Positions 38,979 to 52,230 of a stretch of DNA of 64,000 nt are shown in pieces. Origin of the DNA: Antedon mediterranea. Its lineage: Eukaryota > Animalia > Echinodermata. The notes beneath the pieces are model-generated. The model saw only the letters and a program-made list of their open reading frames with translations, had not been told where the DNA came from and did no database searches. The stretch spans positions 2,718,201-2,782,200 of the forward strand of contig NC_092670.1 of NCBI RefSeq assembly GCF_964355755.1. Direction: 5' to 3'. A program made the position numbers and the translations under genes. Within the stretch, counting starts at the first letter, position 1. Each line of letters starts with the position of its first letter.

Positions 38979-39805
38979 CAAGGCCAACAGCCATTAAGTC
39001 GCGTGCTACAATGCATAGTGATACCGGACCGACAGACAAACAGACTGACAGACAGACAGACCGACAGACAGACGGACCGACCCACATAGTGAACTATACT
39101 GACCGAAATTACTGAACATGTTTAAAAATGTTGAAATGTTTAAAAACATTTATATTTTTTTAATTTACACGTGCGTAGCCTGTCACATTTGACGTGCTCG
39201 TATAACGTAATTTCGAGTTGAAAATTAAGTCAAGAAAACAGAAATCGGGCAAAAAGTGTGCGCAATAACATTTAACGCGCAGTGCGCGCGCAAAAATCTG
39301 CGCACTCATGGCAATTTTGTAAACGCTTAAAATTGCCTGAAACGTACTCTTATTTCATCGAAAATAAATTTTGAAAATTTTAAGCGCGCGTACGCATGCG
39401 TTACATGCGCTACGCACGTAATTGTATTGCCATATGATGATTTATGCCCTGAAATTTATGAGTACCAAATTTTATTTAATTGTGATTCATGGTTGTTAAG
39501 ATATGATTACAAACGTGATTTCGTTAAATCGTGCGTAGACCGCGTAATTTTTTATTGCGCACCGTGAAAACATAACCACATCGATTCCTGGCCATAAGGA
39601 ATATTCTGTGAAAAATTGACTTAGCTAGATTAAACTGATATCAAGATAAGGTCATAAAGCGACAAAACGCATAGTGATACCGGACCGACAGACAGACCGA
39701 CAGACAGACCGACAGACAGACCGACAGACAGACCGACAGACAGACAGACAGACAGACCGACCGACCGACTTAGTGAACTATAGAGTCGCTTCCACGCGAC
39801 TAAAA
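38979..39805. mobile_element. HINE/DINE-1-like (Helentron-associated) repeat
   Basis: (CAGA/CCGA)n microsatellites and terminal hairpin GTCGC...GCGAC-TAAAAA; related copies at 42533-42645 and 62340-62900. Confidence 0.6.
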
Positions 39806-40254
39806 ATGACAATGCTGTGGGTATCAGTGGCTGGATCTCAATGGAGATACAAAAATAAAAAGCGAAAAGCTAAATCAAAACGATAAAGTAAACAGCCAGA
39901 AAAGTTAGCAGAGCTTTCGGGCAACACTAGCACTGATTAGCCCTTCATCAGTGCAAGTCTATATATAAATATATATATAAACACAACAGGCATAGAAATA
40001 AATTCCAAACCGCCCGGTGATACACTGACAATTATTTAATTAATTTTTGAAACGATAAAGATGAGGAAATCTGGGAGAATGAGAAAAAGTCGCCCCAACC
40101 GAGACTCGAACTCGGACCGTCTGCTTAATATGCAGTTGCCCTAACCATTAGACCACTAAATATATATATATATATATTTATAAGTCCAAAGGCAAATTAC
40201 TGAAAAAATGACAATGCTGCTGTATATATATATATATATATATATATTTATAAA

Positions 40255-42960
40255 TCCAAAGGCAAATTACTGAAAAAATGACAATGCTGTGGGTATCAGT
40301 GGCTGGATCTCAATGGAGATACAAAAAAAAAAGCGAAAAGCTAAATCAAAACGATAAAGTAAACACTAACAGCCAGAAAAGTTAGCAGAGCTTTCGGGCA
40401 ACACTAGCCCTTCATCAGTGCAAGTCTTATATAGATGCGTTGAGGCTGCAAACGTGCTCAATTGGAATCAAGAGCGAATTTTTATAAAGTAGATGGAACA
40501 CGGACGTCAGTCTATTACACGGTGTTTCACGTTAAACGATCTTCAGATAGACTGAACAATACCGTATCTCAATCGAAAAAAAATATTTAAAAAAAAAAAT
40601 TATAAATATATATAATTTTTTTTTATGTACTTTATTTATGTAGATATGTAGTACTGTATCTATTAAAAAAGGTATTTGAAAAAAATTAGAGATCTCAATG
40701 AGATCCAAATTGGCAATTGCCGCAAAATCCTCACTGAGTTTGACGTTGAAATTCACTCTAGAACTAAGAAGTTGAAAAGAGAACTTCCTGCATCCTAGTT
40801 TAAAAAAAAACTCAAGATTATCACCAATGACTGGCGTAAACAATCAACGGTAATGGCCCGAAGGGAACATCACAAATTTGGTCTACCTGCAGACTTGGTC
40901 ATTTCAACACAAATGACTCTACCTTCGGATGACGACAGGGCTTTTAGGAAACCCTGCAGAAGGTTCGTTGGGACATATAACAAGAATCAGAGCAACACCT
41001 CTGATTCAGTTGTTGAAATTAATTGTCGACTTTCCGAAGGAGAGAAAAAACTTCTTTCCCGAGGACTTAAATTCTGCCCAAAACCAAGGCAGGTCGGCGC
41101 ACAACAACTATCTTTGGATATAGAGGCTTTTTCTAGAAGATTACGATTACGTGAATATTTTGCTGATTCAGACAGCAGCACCACGCAAAACGAAGGCAAC
41201 GTTAATAAATTTAAACCAAAAAGTTCCTGGAATCCACCTAAAAATCGTTGTCCAGCTTTAGAAACATTTATCCAGGCTATTGAGGAGGATGTACAAAACT
41301 ACGTCCCGAGTCCAGATAAACGTGACAATCTCAAAACAAGAGAGGCAGGCCATTGCCAAATTGCGTCAGCGTAAAGATATCATCATTAAACCCGCTGATA
41401 AAGGTTCTGCCACTGTTGCTATGGACATCAAATTTTATTAAGAGGAATCCTTAAGACAGCTTCATTATATATCGTAAACTCACAACGGAACCCACCCCGG
41501 AAATTGCGGATAAGGTGGCAAAATCTGTTTCTGTGATGGTAAAAAAAAACACTCCATCGATCCTAAGATTTACAGTTACCAAATCCACCAAATCCACTAG
41601 TAGCGTTGATTTTGTGGACACTATAGTGACCATAGAAAATGGTACTCTCAAAACTGACCGATTCCGTAAACCCACTGATAAAAATATGTACCTGCTCCCT
41701 AGCAGTTGTCATCCCCAACACTGTACTAAAAACATACCGAACAGTAAAGCATTACCTATCAGACGTATCTCTTCTTCAGATGATTTAGATTTTCTGAATC
41801 GTACCGAAGAACTAACCGGACATCTCCGGAATAGAAATTACAAACCTATCACCCTAGGTTGCCTCCATTACGGGGCTATTAATTTATTGAGAAACATATG
41901 CCCATTCTACAGTCCACAGAACGTCTCAGGACTGTTTTTCCGGGAACCACCCATTATTGCATTTCGTAGACCTCCCAACCTTTGTGATATATTAGTCAGA
42001 TCCAAATGTAAGAGTGAAATTAACTCTCATGACAGTCAAAATTTGGGCAGTCACCTTTGCGGCAAATCTTGCAAAACTTGTTCATTGGTTGATTCTACTG
42101 AAAAATTTAAGAGTAACCAAACTGGCCGCATTTTTCGGATAAGACAATCAATTAATTGTCTAACCAAAAACGTCATTTATCTCATATACTGTAATATTTG
42201 TGGCAAACAGTACGCCGGAGAAACAAAAAACACTCTCCGTATGAGAATGACACAACACAGATCAGCTATCAGTTCACATTAAAGCTTGTTCAACCTGTAG
42301 CCGAACATTTTAATTCAGCTGGTCACTCGATAACAAATTTCAGAGTTATTGCAATATTCCATGTGTCAAATGGAGCGACAAAACTCGCAAAGACAAGGAA
42401 AACCACTGGGAATTACAACTTAAAACCACAAAACCTTTTGTACTTAACATTAGAAACATACTCCCAGGTTGGTAAAATTATTCCATTGTCTACCAAAATT
42501 TAAGTTTCAATATTAACCACCATTTAAGCTGTTTTTAGTCGCGTGGACGCGACTCTATAGTTCACTATGTCGGTCGGTCGGTCTGTCTGTCGGTCCGGTA
42601 TCCATATGCGTTTTAGCACGCGACTTATGGCTGTTGGCCTTGTTTAGTTTCATTCCAAAATTGTTTATACTGTATCTCTACCAAGCTACCTTCTTTGTTT
42701 TCTACTCTTATTCAGACTCCACCCTGTCTCCTTTTGTTGTATTTCTTTTATTCCTGTCCACCCAGGCAGCACTTGCCAGCTCTTATCCTTCACTTGCAAT
42801 GATGAAGGGCTAGTGTTGCCCGAAAGCTGTGCTAACGTTTCTGGCTGTTTTACTTTATCCTTTTGATTTAGCTTTTCACTTTTTTTTTGTATCTCCATTG
42901 AGATTCAGCCACTGATACCCACAGCATTGTCATTTTTTCAGTTATTTGCCTTTGGATTTA
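40255..42960 (+). mobile_element. Penelope-like retroelement, defective
   Basis: LSRGLKFCP, RRLRLREYF, KPADKGS, RKPTDKNMYLLPSSCHP, CGKSCKTC linker and GIY-YIG VIYLIYCNICGKQYAGET. RT core deleted. 3' terminal repeat with inverted copies upstream. Confidence 0.92.
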
Positions 42961-45900
42961 TATATATAAATATATATAGAGGATTAAGATTATAATATAC
43001 AGCAATTAAAATTACCAACTATTAATTAATCAAATCACTTTTGATTAAGTTACTACAATCCTGAATTTGATTAAGGTGATTACTAAAGCTTTCTCTTAAA
43101 ATAGGTTGCAAGAGTTACAGACGAATGTATCTTTGACATTCAAAGGCAAGGAATTCCAGATCCTCACAATTCTAGCAGGAATGCTAAATTTACTTGAATC
43201 CGTACTTGTTTATATTTGGCTTATATAAGTTTGAAATGAAACTCTTAAACTATTTTTGCCTTTAAAATGGTAATGGTCATTTTATCGTCATTGATGTGAT
43301 ATATTTTGTTTTGTGTTAGTTCGATTAAAGTTAAACTTTATTCAATTAAACATGTTGTTTTAGGTGGTTTTTTTTTGCTGCTGGTGGTATCTAAGCTAGG
43401 CCATACTTGGGGTAAATGGGGTCTTTAGTCGAACTTTAGAGGGGTCTGCCAGGGAGTGTACAGATAGTCTGTAATAGGTCATTTGGTATTGCTTACAATG
43501 TGCTAAATCATATAACATTGGTTGCTGGTGGTATCTACTAGCTGGGCTAGTTGGGGGAATGGGGGTCTCTAGTCTAACTTTAAGGTGTCTGGCACTTGCG
43601 GTGCAGCAGACAATTAGTCTGTTGTTATCCATTTAGTATTGTATGAACACAACTTGTTCATTTGGCTTTAATTTTGAGTGGTACCTCACTCATGCTAACC
43701 CCATTTTAGGCCCTCCCTCGGGGGGTCTGGCGGCCTTTTGCAGCAGAGAAAAAGTCTGTCGTTTGTAATACTGGTATAAGGATGCCAATGGGCATCCCAT
43801 GGTGGTAAAATTAGGTGGTATCTCTCTCATCTAACCTGGGCCGTTTTTTTAGCATGTTTCGGGGTCCCCCGGTCTAGACGCAGCAGGGGGTACCCGGCAG
43901 ACTCCCATTTTCATTGACTTCAAGTGACCCCCAACACACTTAAGTAGTCAGATATTGGTACCTAGCTCATCTAACCAAATGTCTCTGGGCTGCCGGTCTA
44001 TAGCTCATCGCGAAAATTTCAGAATGCGAGGATTTGCTCTGGACATTCGTTGCAATATTCAGGCCAACCTTTTGTTATAATTTTTTTAACGGCCTGCAAT
44101 TGCTCGTCATTTGTAGTTGCTTCTCTAATTTTCTCAAACCTGGAAGTGGATGCATTTACTATTTCGTCAATAGTGCAGTTAATTTCTTTGAACTCTTCAC
44201 CTTTGCCTGGTAATCTTGATAGTCCATCAGCTACTGGGATGAGTACGTATTTAACGGTATACTCGTACGGTTGTATCCTGAGTAGCATTCTCAATAATCT
44301 TGCTGGTACGTTTTTAGATTTTTCTTGGTGATCGACTCTAGCGGTTTGTGATCCGATTCTACTGTCACGTGTCGGCCATAAATGTAATGATGAAATCGTT
44401 CCAATCCATATACTACACCAAGCATTTCTCTCTCTTTCGATATTGCTGTAGTTACTTTCAGTTTCTGTGAGGCTTTTGCTCACATACGCTATAGGCTGCG
44501 AGACTTGCATTAGCGTTGCTCATAAGCCTTTCTGACTTTTGCGTCTGTCTGCACAGTAATTGGCTTCTTTGGGTTGAAATATGCTAGGAGTGGTTGTCTT
44601 CCTATCTCTTCCTTTATCTTTGCGAATGATCGATCATGTTCTGGACCCCAGATAAATTCGGAGTCCTTCTTTGTGAGATTGTGCAAGGGGCTTGTTAAGA
44701 TAGCTAATGTAGGTGTAAAACGTCCTAAGTAATTAACCATTCCTAGTAGCGAGAGTAATTCTGCCTTGCATGTAGGTGCATGCATCTCCTGAATTGCAGC
44801 AATTTTTTCGCTGTCTGGTTTCAGTCCTTCTGAGGTTAGATAATGTCCGAAAAAGTTAATAATTTGCTCTGCATTTGTCAATATTTAATCTTAGACCGAC
44901 CTGTCTAGTTTTCTCCATCACTTTCTTGAGATTCGCATCATGAGTTTTTTCATCTTCTCCAAAGACTACAATATCATCGGCTATCCCTACAACACCGTTT
45001 AGACCATCAAATGTTTCACCAACTTTCTTTTGGAACACGTCTTGTGCGGATATTAACCCGAAGGGTAAGCGCTTGAAACAGTAACGTCCATATGGGGTGT
45101 TAAATGTTGTCAGTGTTTCAGAGACGTCATCAAGTTTGATATTCCAATACCCTGATCGTGCATCAAGTTTCGTAAAATACTTTGCACCTTGTAGTCTAGG
45201 TAGTATGTCACAAGTGTCTGTGTATAGTATTGGGGTCTCTTGACCCATTTATTTAAGTCCCTGGTGTCAAGGCATATTCTCAGATCTCCTGATGGCTTTG
45301 TTACATAAACAATACTGTTAACCCAATCTGTGGGTTGATCTACCTTTCTAATGATGTCAAGGTCCATAATTCTGTTTAATTCTTTCTTCAGAGCGGCTCT
45401 TTGAGATTCTGGAACATGTCTGGGTGCGTGCACGACAGGTTCTGCTCCATCTTTTAGCTCAATTTTGTAATTTCCTGGGAATTTTCCTACGCCTTCGAAA
45501 CAGTCTGGATATTGTTTGGTTAGTATGCCTTTTGGTGAATCCAAAGTCACTTCAGTGATATCACAACGTTCTCCTGAACATTTACAGCTTGCTAAACAGT
45601 TCAGTGTGATACGGTTGAAGTCTAGACAGGCTCTCAGACTTAACATTGTCTTACCCTTGTCTTCTGTAACATGGAACTTCAATTTCTTGGTCATTGTACC
45701 ATGAGTAAAAGTGATATTTGTCGCTCCATACATTGTTGTTTTGTTACCATACCATAGGCTGTTAGCTTTATGTTTGTTTTCGTTAGGTCTATTGGGTTTC
45801 CGTCTTTGATTTTCTTGGGAAATTTGTATACTCGTAGTGGCATTACATTCACCTCTGCTCCGCTGTCAATTTTACATTTCACAGTTTTCTAGTTCATTAG

Positions 45901-47483
45901 CAGTGTCGCATGTGCCTGTGTGTCTGACCCATTTTCAATGGAGTCTAATGCAAATGAATCTGTTTCATCTGTTATCACTTTTATTTGTCTAGGTCATTGT
46001 TTTGGTCCAGATTTTCTTTCTTTACTTTTACTGAAGCACATTTTCGCTATATGCCCCATTTTGTCACAATGGTAACACTTCATATTCTTGGCTGTGCATT
46101 CGTTTTTTAGAATTTGCCGATAACTCCTTGTGATTGTACGAAATCGTCATCATCTTTTTTTTCTTTATCTTCTTTCTTTCTGTAATTTTTGTGTCACGCG
46201 TATCTGTAAAACTTGCAAACATAACATTTCGTAACTTTCTCAACATATCGTCATTCATATGAAGTTGTGCAGCGAACCTTTTCAGGATGTTTACAGTGTT
46301 TTATGAATTTCGCGTATTTAACATAGGTCAAAATCCAAATAACATTTTACATTGAAACTTTAAAATTCAAAATTCAAAATGTGCAAAATTAATTTATAAT
46401 CAACTTTCTACGCGTTTCATGTCATTTTAGGCATGTCAAAAATTCCCAAGCATGTGCAAATTTTTGCGCGCGCGGTGTGCACAAAGCGTGAAATAGTTAA
46501 TGTTTTGCGTAAATCATATTTTTCCAGCCTTTTATAGTAATTTTACCAAATTTGGAACCATTTCGACTTACAATTACGTCACACGAGCACGTCGAATTGG
46601 ACAATTTGTGCGCATTTTTTATGACAGTTGGAGAAACTTAACAAGAAGGTCGCAAAAGCAGACACGGATATCAATTTCTTAAAGAATTGTAAAACGTTTG
46701 GCATGTTTCCCAGATTTATTACATTTAAATATTGTAAAATCAGTTATATTTTATAAATAATGATTTTACTGCAGCCAGAAAAAGATGGGTTTGTCACAAA
46801 AGAAACATTTGTAAACTTGTGTCGATAAATGCTGGTTGCTTTTGCCAGTATGCTTGGAATTATATCTGCCACAAACAATTTGTTAAACATCTATGAAACC
46901 ATTATTTCACCCATCTTAAGATGATAAGATAAGATAAGATAAATTTATTGAACAAACGCTTTTGTATCAGCGGCACACGTTTACAAGGCAATGTAAAAAT
47001 AAAAAGAAAAGTATCAAAAATAACATTTAAGTCTTAAATAAGAAGCGAATTATACAAGTAAAATTAAATAGTAAAAACAAGGTAATCTTACAGATCGAAC
47101 AATACTTAACCTATATGATGGAGTTAATGTTATTATCTATTCATTATCAGTATTATTAACATTTTCAAGTTTAAAGCGAATATTATCATTATTATTATTT
47201 AAAAAAAATATAATTGATAATATATTTTATTATACTGTTATTATTAATATAAATGCAACTGTTATATGATTATTTGTTCTTATTATATTTAATTTTAATA
47301 GTTATTTGTAATTTAATTAAACGTGATACTATTTGTATTATACTATTTAGTCTTATTTTTAGTACTATATTATTTATTTATTTTATTTAGATTTAGGTTA
47401 CATTATATAATTTTAGAGAAAGAAAACACAATTTAAAAAATATATGATTAATATATTATTGAATTAGATAAATGTTTACTTAC

Positions 47484-47587
47484 AAGTGTCTGGTAGTTCT
47501 TCTTTCAATGTTGTTTCATCTGCATCATCTTGAGTGCATACCGTTGTTGTTGCTATGGAAACAGTTATTACATGAATTGGATTAAAA
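47484..47587 (-). CDS. Roco gene Roc exon (switch I)
   Basis: Phase 2-1 exon (G)FNPIHVITVSIATTTVCTQDDADETTLKEELPDT; GTAAGT donor. Confidence 0.85.
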
Positions 47588-48199
47588 CTATAAAAGAAAT
47601 GTGATTAAATTAAATATCGGATGTCAAAACGGACAAGAAAAATATGCTTTCTTGGTTAAGAATATTTGTGTCGTATTATATTATTTAAGCTAAAAAAATA
47701 TGATTTTTTACAGAAAAAGCAAAAATACATTAAATAGGTATTTATGAATTCTTGGTATCAATGTCCGATGACTTAATGTGTTTGGTTTAAGGTTACAGCC
47801 TTTCATCCATCAATTTCACACTTCAAAAAATGTTTGTATAATAGGTATGTCTGTATGTGGTAAAATGTCATGATAATGAAATGGTATTTTTATATTTTCA
47901 GTGTTTGTAATGTTCACAATTCAATTCAATTCATCAGATGGAGGCACATGCATATTTAGTGACATGGTCCTTTACTTTTTTGGCAGCTGGTAAAGATGTG
48001 TTATAATTTAGTAAAATGTATCTTACATAAAACGTAAATAATAACCTTTAAACAATATTTTAACATAAAACTAAAAGAAAGTGCAAATACTTCTTTTTGA
48101 GAATTGTATTTTATTGTTACTTTATTTGAAAATCACTTTAAATTGTAATTTTATGTGTTTGCTATCTTTTGATTTGATAGTTTTAATAGATTTGCTTAC

Positions 48200-48362
48200 C
48201 CTTTCCTTAACAAAGAATTGATAGTAGAAGTTTTTCCTACTCCTTCAAGACCTACAAAAATAACTCTACCCTGTTTAACTTCAGTTTTCCCTTCTTCCAG
48301 GGCTTCATTATATGCTTTAATTGCTTCTGGTCCTCGAGCCTGTATCTCCACAGGAGTTAAGT
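48200..48362 (-). CDS. Roco gene Roc exon (P-loop)
   Basis: DLTPVEIQARGPEAIKAYNEALEEGKTEVKQGRVIFVGLEGVGKTSTINSLLRK: the characteristic pre-Roc motif plus GxxxxGKTS. Confidence 0.95.
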
Positions 48363-48654
48363 CTTGAAAACAAAAGTAATATAAATTAGTACACAATCAA
48401 TGTAATTTACCAAAAACATAAACTCAAAATACTATGACGATGCAGCGCATGGTCCTATTTTTTTTGTAATGTTAATGCACTAGTTTTAAATTGAAACTTG
48501 AAAATACCATAAAAATTGTAATGGTCTAATGATAGGGCAACTACATGAGGGCTTTATCCAGAATTTGGCAAAAGGAATCTTGCCTGTTTCGATAGTTGGT
48601 GTCATCTTTTGATCTTGTAGGGTAATTACTGGTTGTAGGGAGAATGTTGACATA

Positions 48655-49905
48655 TCCCTTTCACACCAAAAGAACTCCAGAGTTCAAAACAGCGGGGTTG
48701 AACAGCTGAACGTTCTCCGGAGGGTGAACTGCAGGGACACACCGGTGTTTTGGTGTGAAAGGTACCAACATCAAATTTTTTAAGTCAAAGGGTCATCCTC
48801 ACAAGATCAATCATTGCTTTAGTTTTAAGTTTAAAAAAATATATAGTGGGATTAAAAAATAATAAATAATAATAATAAGACTCATGAGACTTTTGAAAAT
48901 AATTATTAAATTAAAAATATCCTCAATTAAAATGATTCTAATGATCGTCGCTATGTAAACAAACAAAACAGAGGGCGAAATATACAATTTTATTTTATAA
49001 ACCCCCCCCCCCACCCCTACTGTAACAGGTATGCTTATACCCAAATACTTGAATGATTTATCTGCTGAATTGAATCTGAGAAACCCATTAAAGGAAAAGC
49101 TGGAATGATATGTGACCATGCTATAAACAGATGAGTCACCTCATCCAAGTGGTGGGAAAATGGTCATGAATATTTAGTGTATAATGTTTCAGTATGGGTC
49201 AGTTCATAAATGGACAAAGGATTTTGTTAATTGATTACATTTTTAATAGTTTCTTTTTTTTTGTATAACCTAACTTTAAATTGATAATTACATGTGTATG
49301 ACTCGAGTTACAGTAATCGCTCTGTAAACCCACAAAAATGTTATGGTAAATGTATATATACCATTGGTTAAAAATTGTCATAGTACCCAACTGGGAATGG
49401 ATGACACTTACTAGTGCCTAGCCCAAAGTGAATCATCTCCTTCCGAGGTAAGCATCTATATTTTTATCTCTCTCAATTTTAGAATTGTTATACTATAGTT
49501 AATATAGTTGATTAGTTATTTGATTGTTATACAGACACACCGCAATAGTAGCCTACTATACACTGTCGTTAATGATACGATCGATTGATTACTGATTACT
49601 GATATGTTATTTAAATAGTAACACTGTTTTTGTTATATCTCCTTCCGACTGGTTACTAATACTAGCTTCAATAAAAGAATTTAACTTTTCCAAACCAAGA
49701 ACTGTTTTGTGGATGATTTTATTGTGTTTGTGCCAGTGCTGCAGCTCCAGAAAATACTACGCGATACAGCTACGACGCTAGTAGTACGAACCTGTTACAC
49801 TAGGTTGGTGTAAATGGGGTATCTCCGGAGTTTCTCAACGTTTTGATGGTCACAAACCCAGGGGTGTCTCCGGAGATCACTCCAGAGTTTTGGTGTGAAA
49901 GGGGT
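48655..49905. mobile_element. PIF/Harbinger-like non-autonomous element
   Basis: CCCTTTCACACCAAAA...TTTTGGTGTGAAAGGGG inverted ends with subterminal CTCCGGAG motifs. Confidence 0.6.
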
Positions 49906-51159
49906 ATAAGAAGGACTAAGGCTTCGTTTTTATTTAAAGTACTTTTAAAGCAAAGGTACAGGCATGAATTTTAAATATAATATCTGGTTAATTGTACATA
50001 AATCAAATATTTGTAACAGAAATCAAGACGAAAAACATGAATTTCCCTTAAAAATGGTCAAATACAAAATTTAACAAAATTTTGCTATAAAAACCAGGAA
50101 GACTTTTTTTCAGTAGTTAGGTAGTTTAACCTAATGTAATAACATGTCTGGTGACTCCCTAGAAGGTGAAAAAAGAGGGTGGATATATGGTGGATAATTT
50201 TTGCTATAGCATGAAAATAAAACTCTGAAGTTGAATAAAAATACCAGAAACGTAACATTATAGATCGATAATAATTATTGGAATGTACAGACGTATGTTC
50301 AATAGAAATTTTTTGCCCACACCTGGCTTGTAAGAATAGAGCCTTTTAACATCTGAAAGGCTCATTTTTGTGTAAAAAGCTTTTACCAGCCCTGCTTGGT
50401 AAAGTTTGCTGCTTGGTTTTAAGGATTGTATTTGACCAACTCCACACCATTTAGCAAATTTTATTGTTCGGTGATAGAAAGTGTTTTAACCTTGTCTATT
50501 TTTGTCTGGTTTGTGGTGCCACAGAGGAAGAGAAGAAAAAAATAAATAGAGTGAGACCGCTTCCCGCAAAGCCTCGGCTCACTCTATCTACACTTGTAAA
50601 CTTGTTAGCAAAGCCCTCTCCATTGTGGGAGATGAGTCACACCCTGGCAACGAGTTATTCTCATTATATCTACCAAAACAAATAGGTCATTAAACAATTA
50701 ATCATGTCAAATCTACGGCATTGCAAAGCTTGTACTTATCTGAAAAAGACTAGCAACATTCTTCCAAATGATGTTCAATCTAAACTATACAAATCCCTCA
50801 TGGCTCCACATCTTGGATATTGCCATGTTGAATGGGGACACTCAAATCAAATTCAAAGTAAAACGCTCTAAATTCTCCGAAACCGAGCAAACAAATCAAG
50901 GAGTGACTCTGCAAAGCCTTAAATGGATGAATTTGGATCAACGATTGTCTATAAATGAGGCTATTATGTTTAAATTTATGCACCTAATTATTTACTAACA
51001 AATTTAATATTAGAAATAATTATTATGATACAAAAACTAACCCAAAATTAACACTACCAAAACCAAGAAAAGCCTATCATATACGGCAATAAAGACTCAT
51101 CAACTTTATGTAGATATGAACACTTTAATATATAAACGAATATAATATCAAACGACACT

Positions 51160-51370
51160 ATATAGAAAAAAAGGGACACCCGAGCATCCAAAGGGGGACA
51201 CCAGCAGAAAGCTGAACATCAGACGATAGGTGGCGCAATTCACCGAACTATGACGAATGACAGAACATCATGTCAACGTCATTTGCGTGAACAAGGCTAT
51301 TGAAATAGCTGAAACGTAGCAAGTAAGTACTTGTCAACTGGTTTAACTAAAAGTTAACCTTTATTTATTT
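51160..51370 (+). mobile_element. Penelope-like 3' end fragment
   Basis: Reverse complement of 53108-53300. Confidence 0.75.
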
Positions 51371-51871
51371 AATATCCATTGAAACCAGATGAAATTTTTT
51401 GAGAAGACACTATACAGTATAAACACAAACCAACTAACAAAGAAAACAATATCTCTCGATAGGGCGCAAGGTTGCGCACTGTAACAACAATAATACACGA
51501 GGACGTGTGTGATGGTGCAACACCTCTTCCTTCCACCTTTCTTTCAAAACAGAATAAAGTAAAAACAAAATAAACGTCCAATGGTAAAAAATAATGCAAA
51601 GTCTCCAGTGTTTTGCCATCTAGGCGGCTGTTTGTTTCTAGTAGAACGACGTTGAGGATTGCCATTAAAAGTGTAAGTTTCAGAAGATAATTTGAGAGGC
51701 GGTGTAGTTATAGCAACTGATGGAGTGGTGTTGTCAACGTGCGAGTCGGACTCGGGATCGTTGGGTAGACCTCAAATGAGATCTTTTTGGTGAATGCAAC
51801 AACGATGTTGGTTGTACAGGATTGCAATCTGAGATTCGGACATCGTAGGAATTGGAATGGAACTGTGACTA

Positions 51872-52230
51872 AAGCCCCTTTCTCACAGAGCTGTGTGCCA
51901 GGAATATTGTGGGATTATACCATTACCATGCCGGTACGGTTTTCTGTGACAACGGGTCGTCTTGGCATCATGCCGGCATCGACATGACCTGCTTTAGACC
52001 TAGTAATATTCTAGGGATATTCCCCACAATGCCAGACGGGCATTCTGTGAGAACGTAACGCCGTTATATTCCTGGGTTATATAATTCCCCGTCGAGGCTT
52101 TGACACCTTGCGCGGTCAAGTGTATCACTTTGGCGCCGATTCAATTCAATTAACAATAATAATGTCGAACTGGAGGGATAATGAGATAAGAGAGCTGCTT
52201 AAAATAAGGGGACAAGAAGAAATTTGTAGC
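51872..52230 (+). mobile_element. Harbinger-like left end with a Myb/SANT-like ORF start
   Basis: GCCCCTTTCTCACAG terminus; MSNWRDNEIRELLKIRGQEEI resembles a Myb/trihelix N-terminus. Confidence 0.5.

Larger units (their letters stand above)
37331..44000. mobile_element. Large foldback element with T(A/G)G...CTA termini (Academ-like), arms of 1.0-1.35 kb
   Basis: 37331-38690 is the reverse complement of 42985-44000; the left arm has extra ~150-180-bp subrepeats. TSD unclear (TCG/TAG). Confidence 0.8.
36772..46260 (-). mobile_element. Degenerate Ty3/Gypsy gag-pol, split at 37331-44000
   Basis: CCHC knuckle CYHCDKMGHIAKMC, protease IDSGAEVN, RT LDARSGYW / IADD, RNase H QTDA, integrase HxxHQGIEKC and C-terminal SGRAVKKPNRLDL. 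Many frameshifts; the integrase core appears deleted. Confidence 0.93.

Noticed and set aside
39630-39886. DRQT / LSVG repeat ORFs
   Set aside because: Translation of a (CAGA/CCGA)n microsatellite.
51280-51325. Hammerhead in the second Penelope family end
   Set aside because: The core reads GTGAACA rather than CTGANGA in both copies; too degenerate to call.
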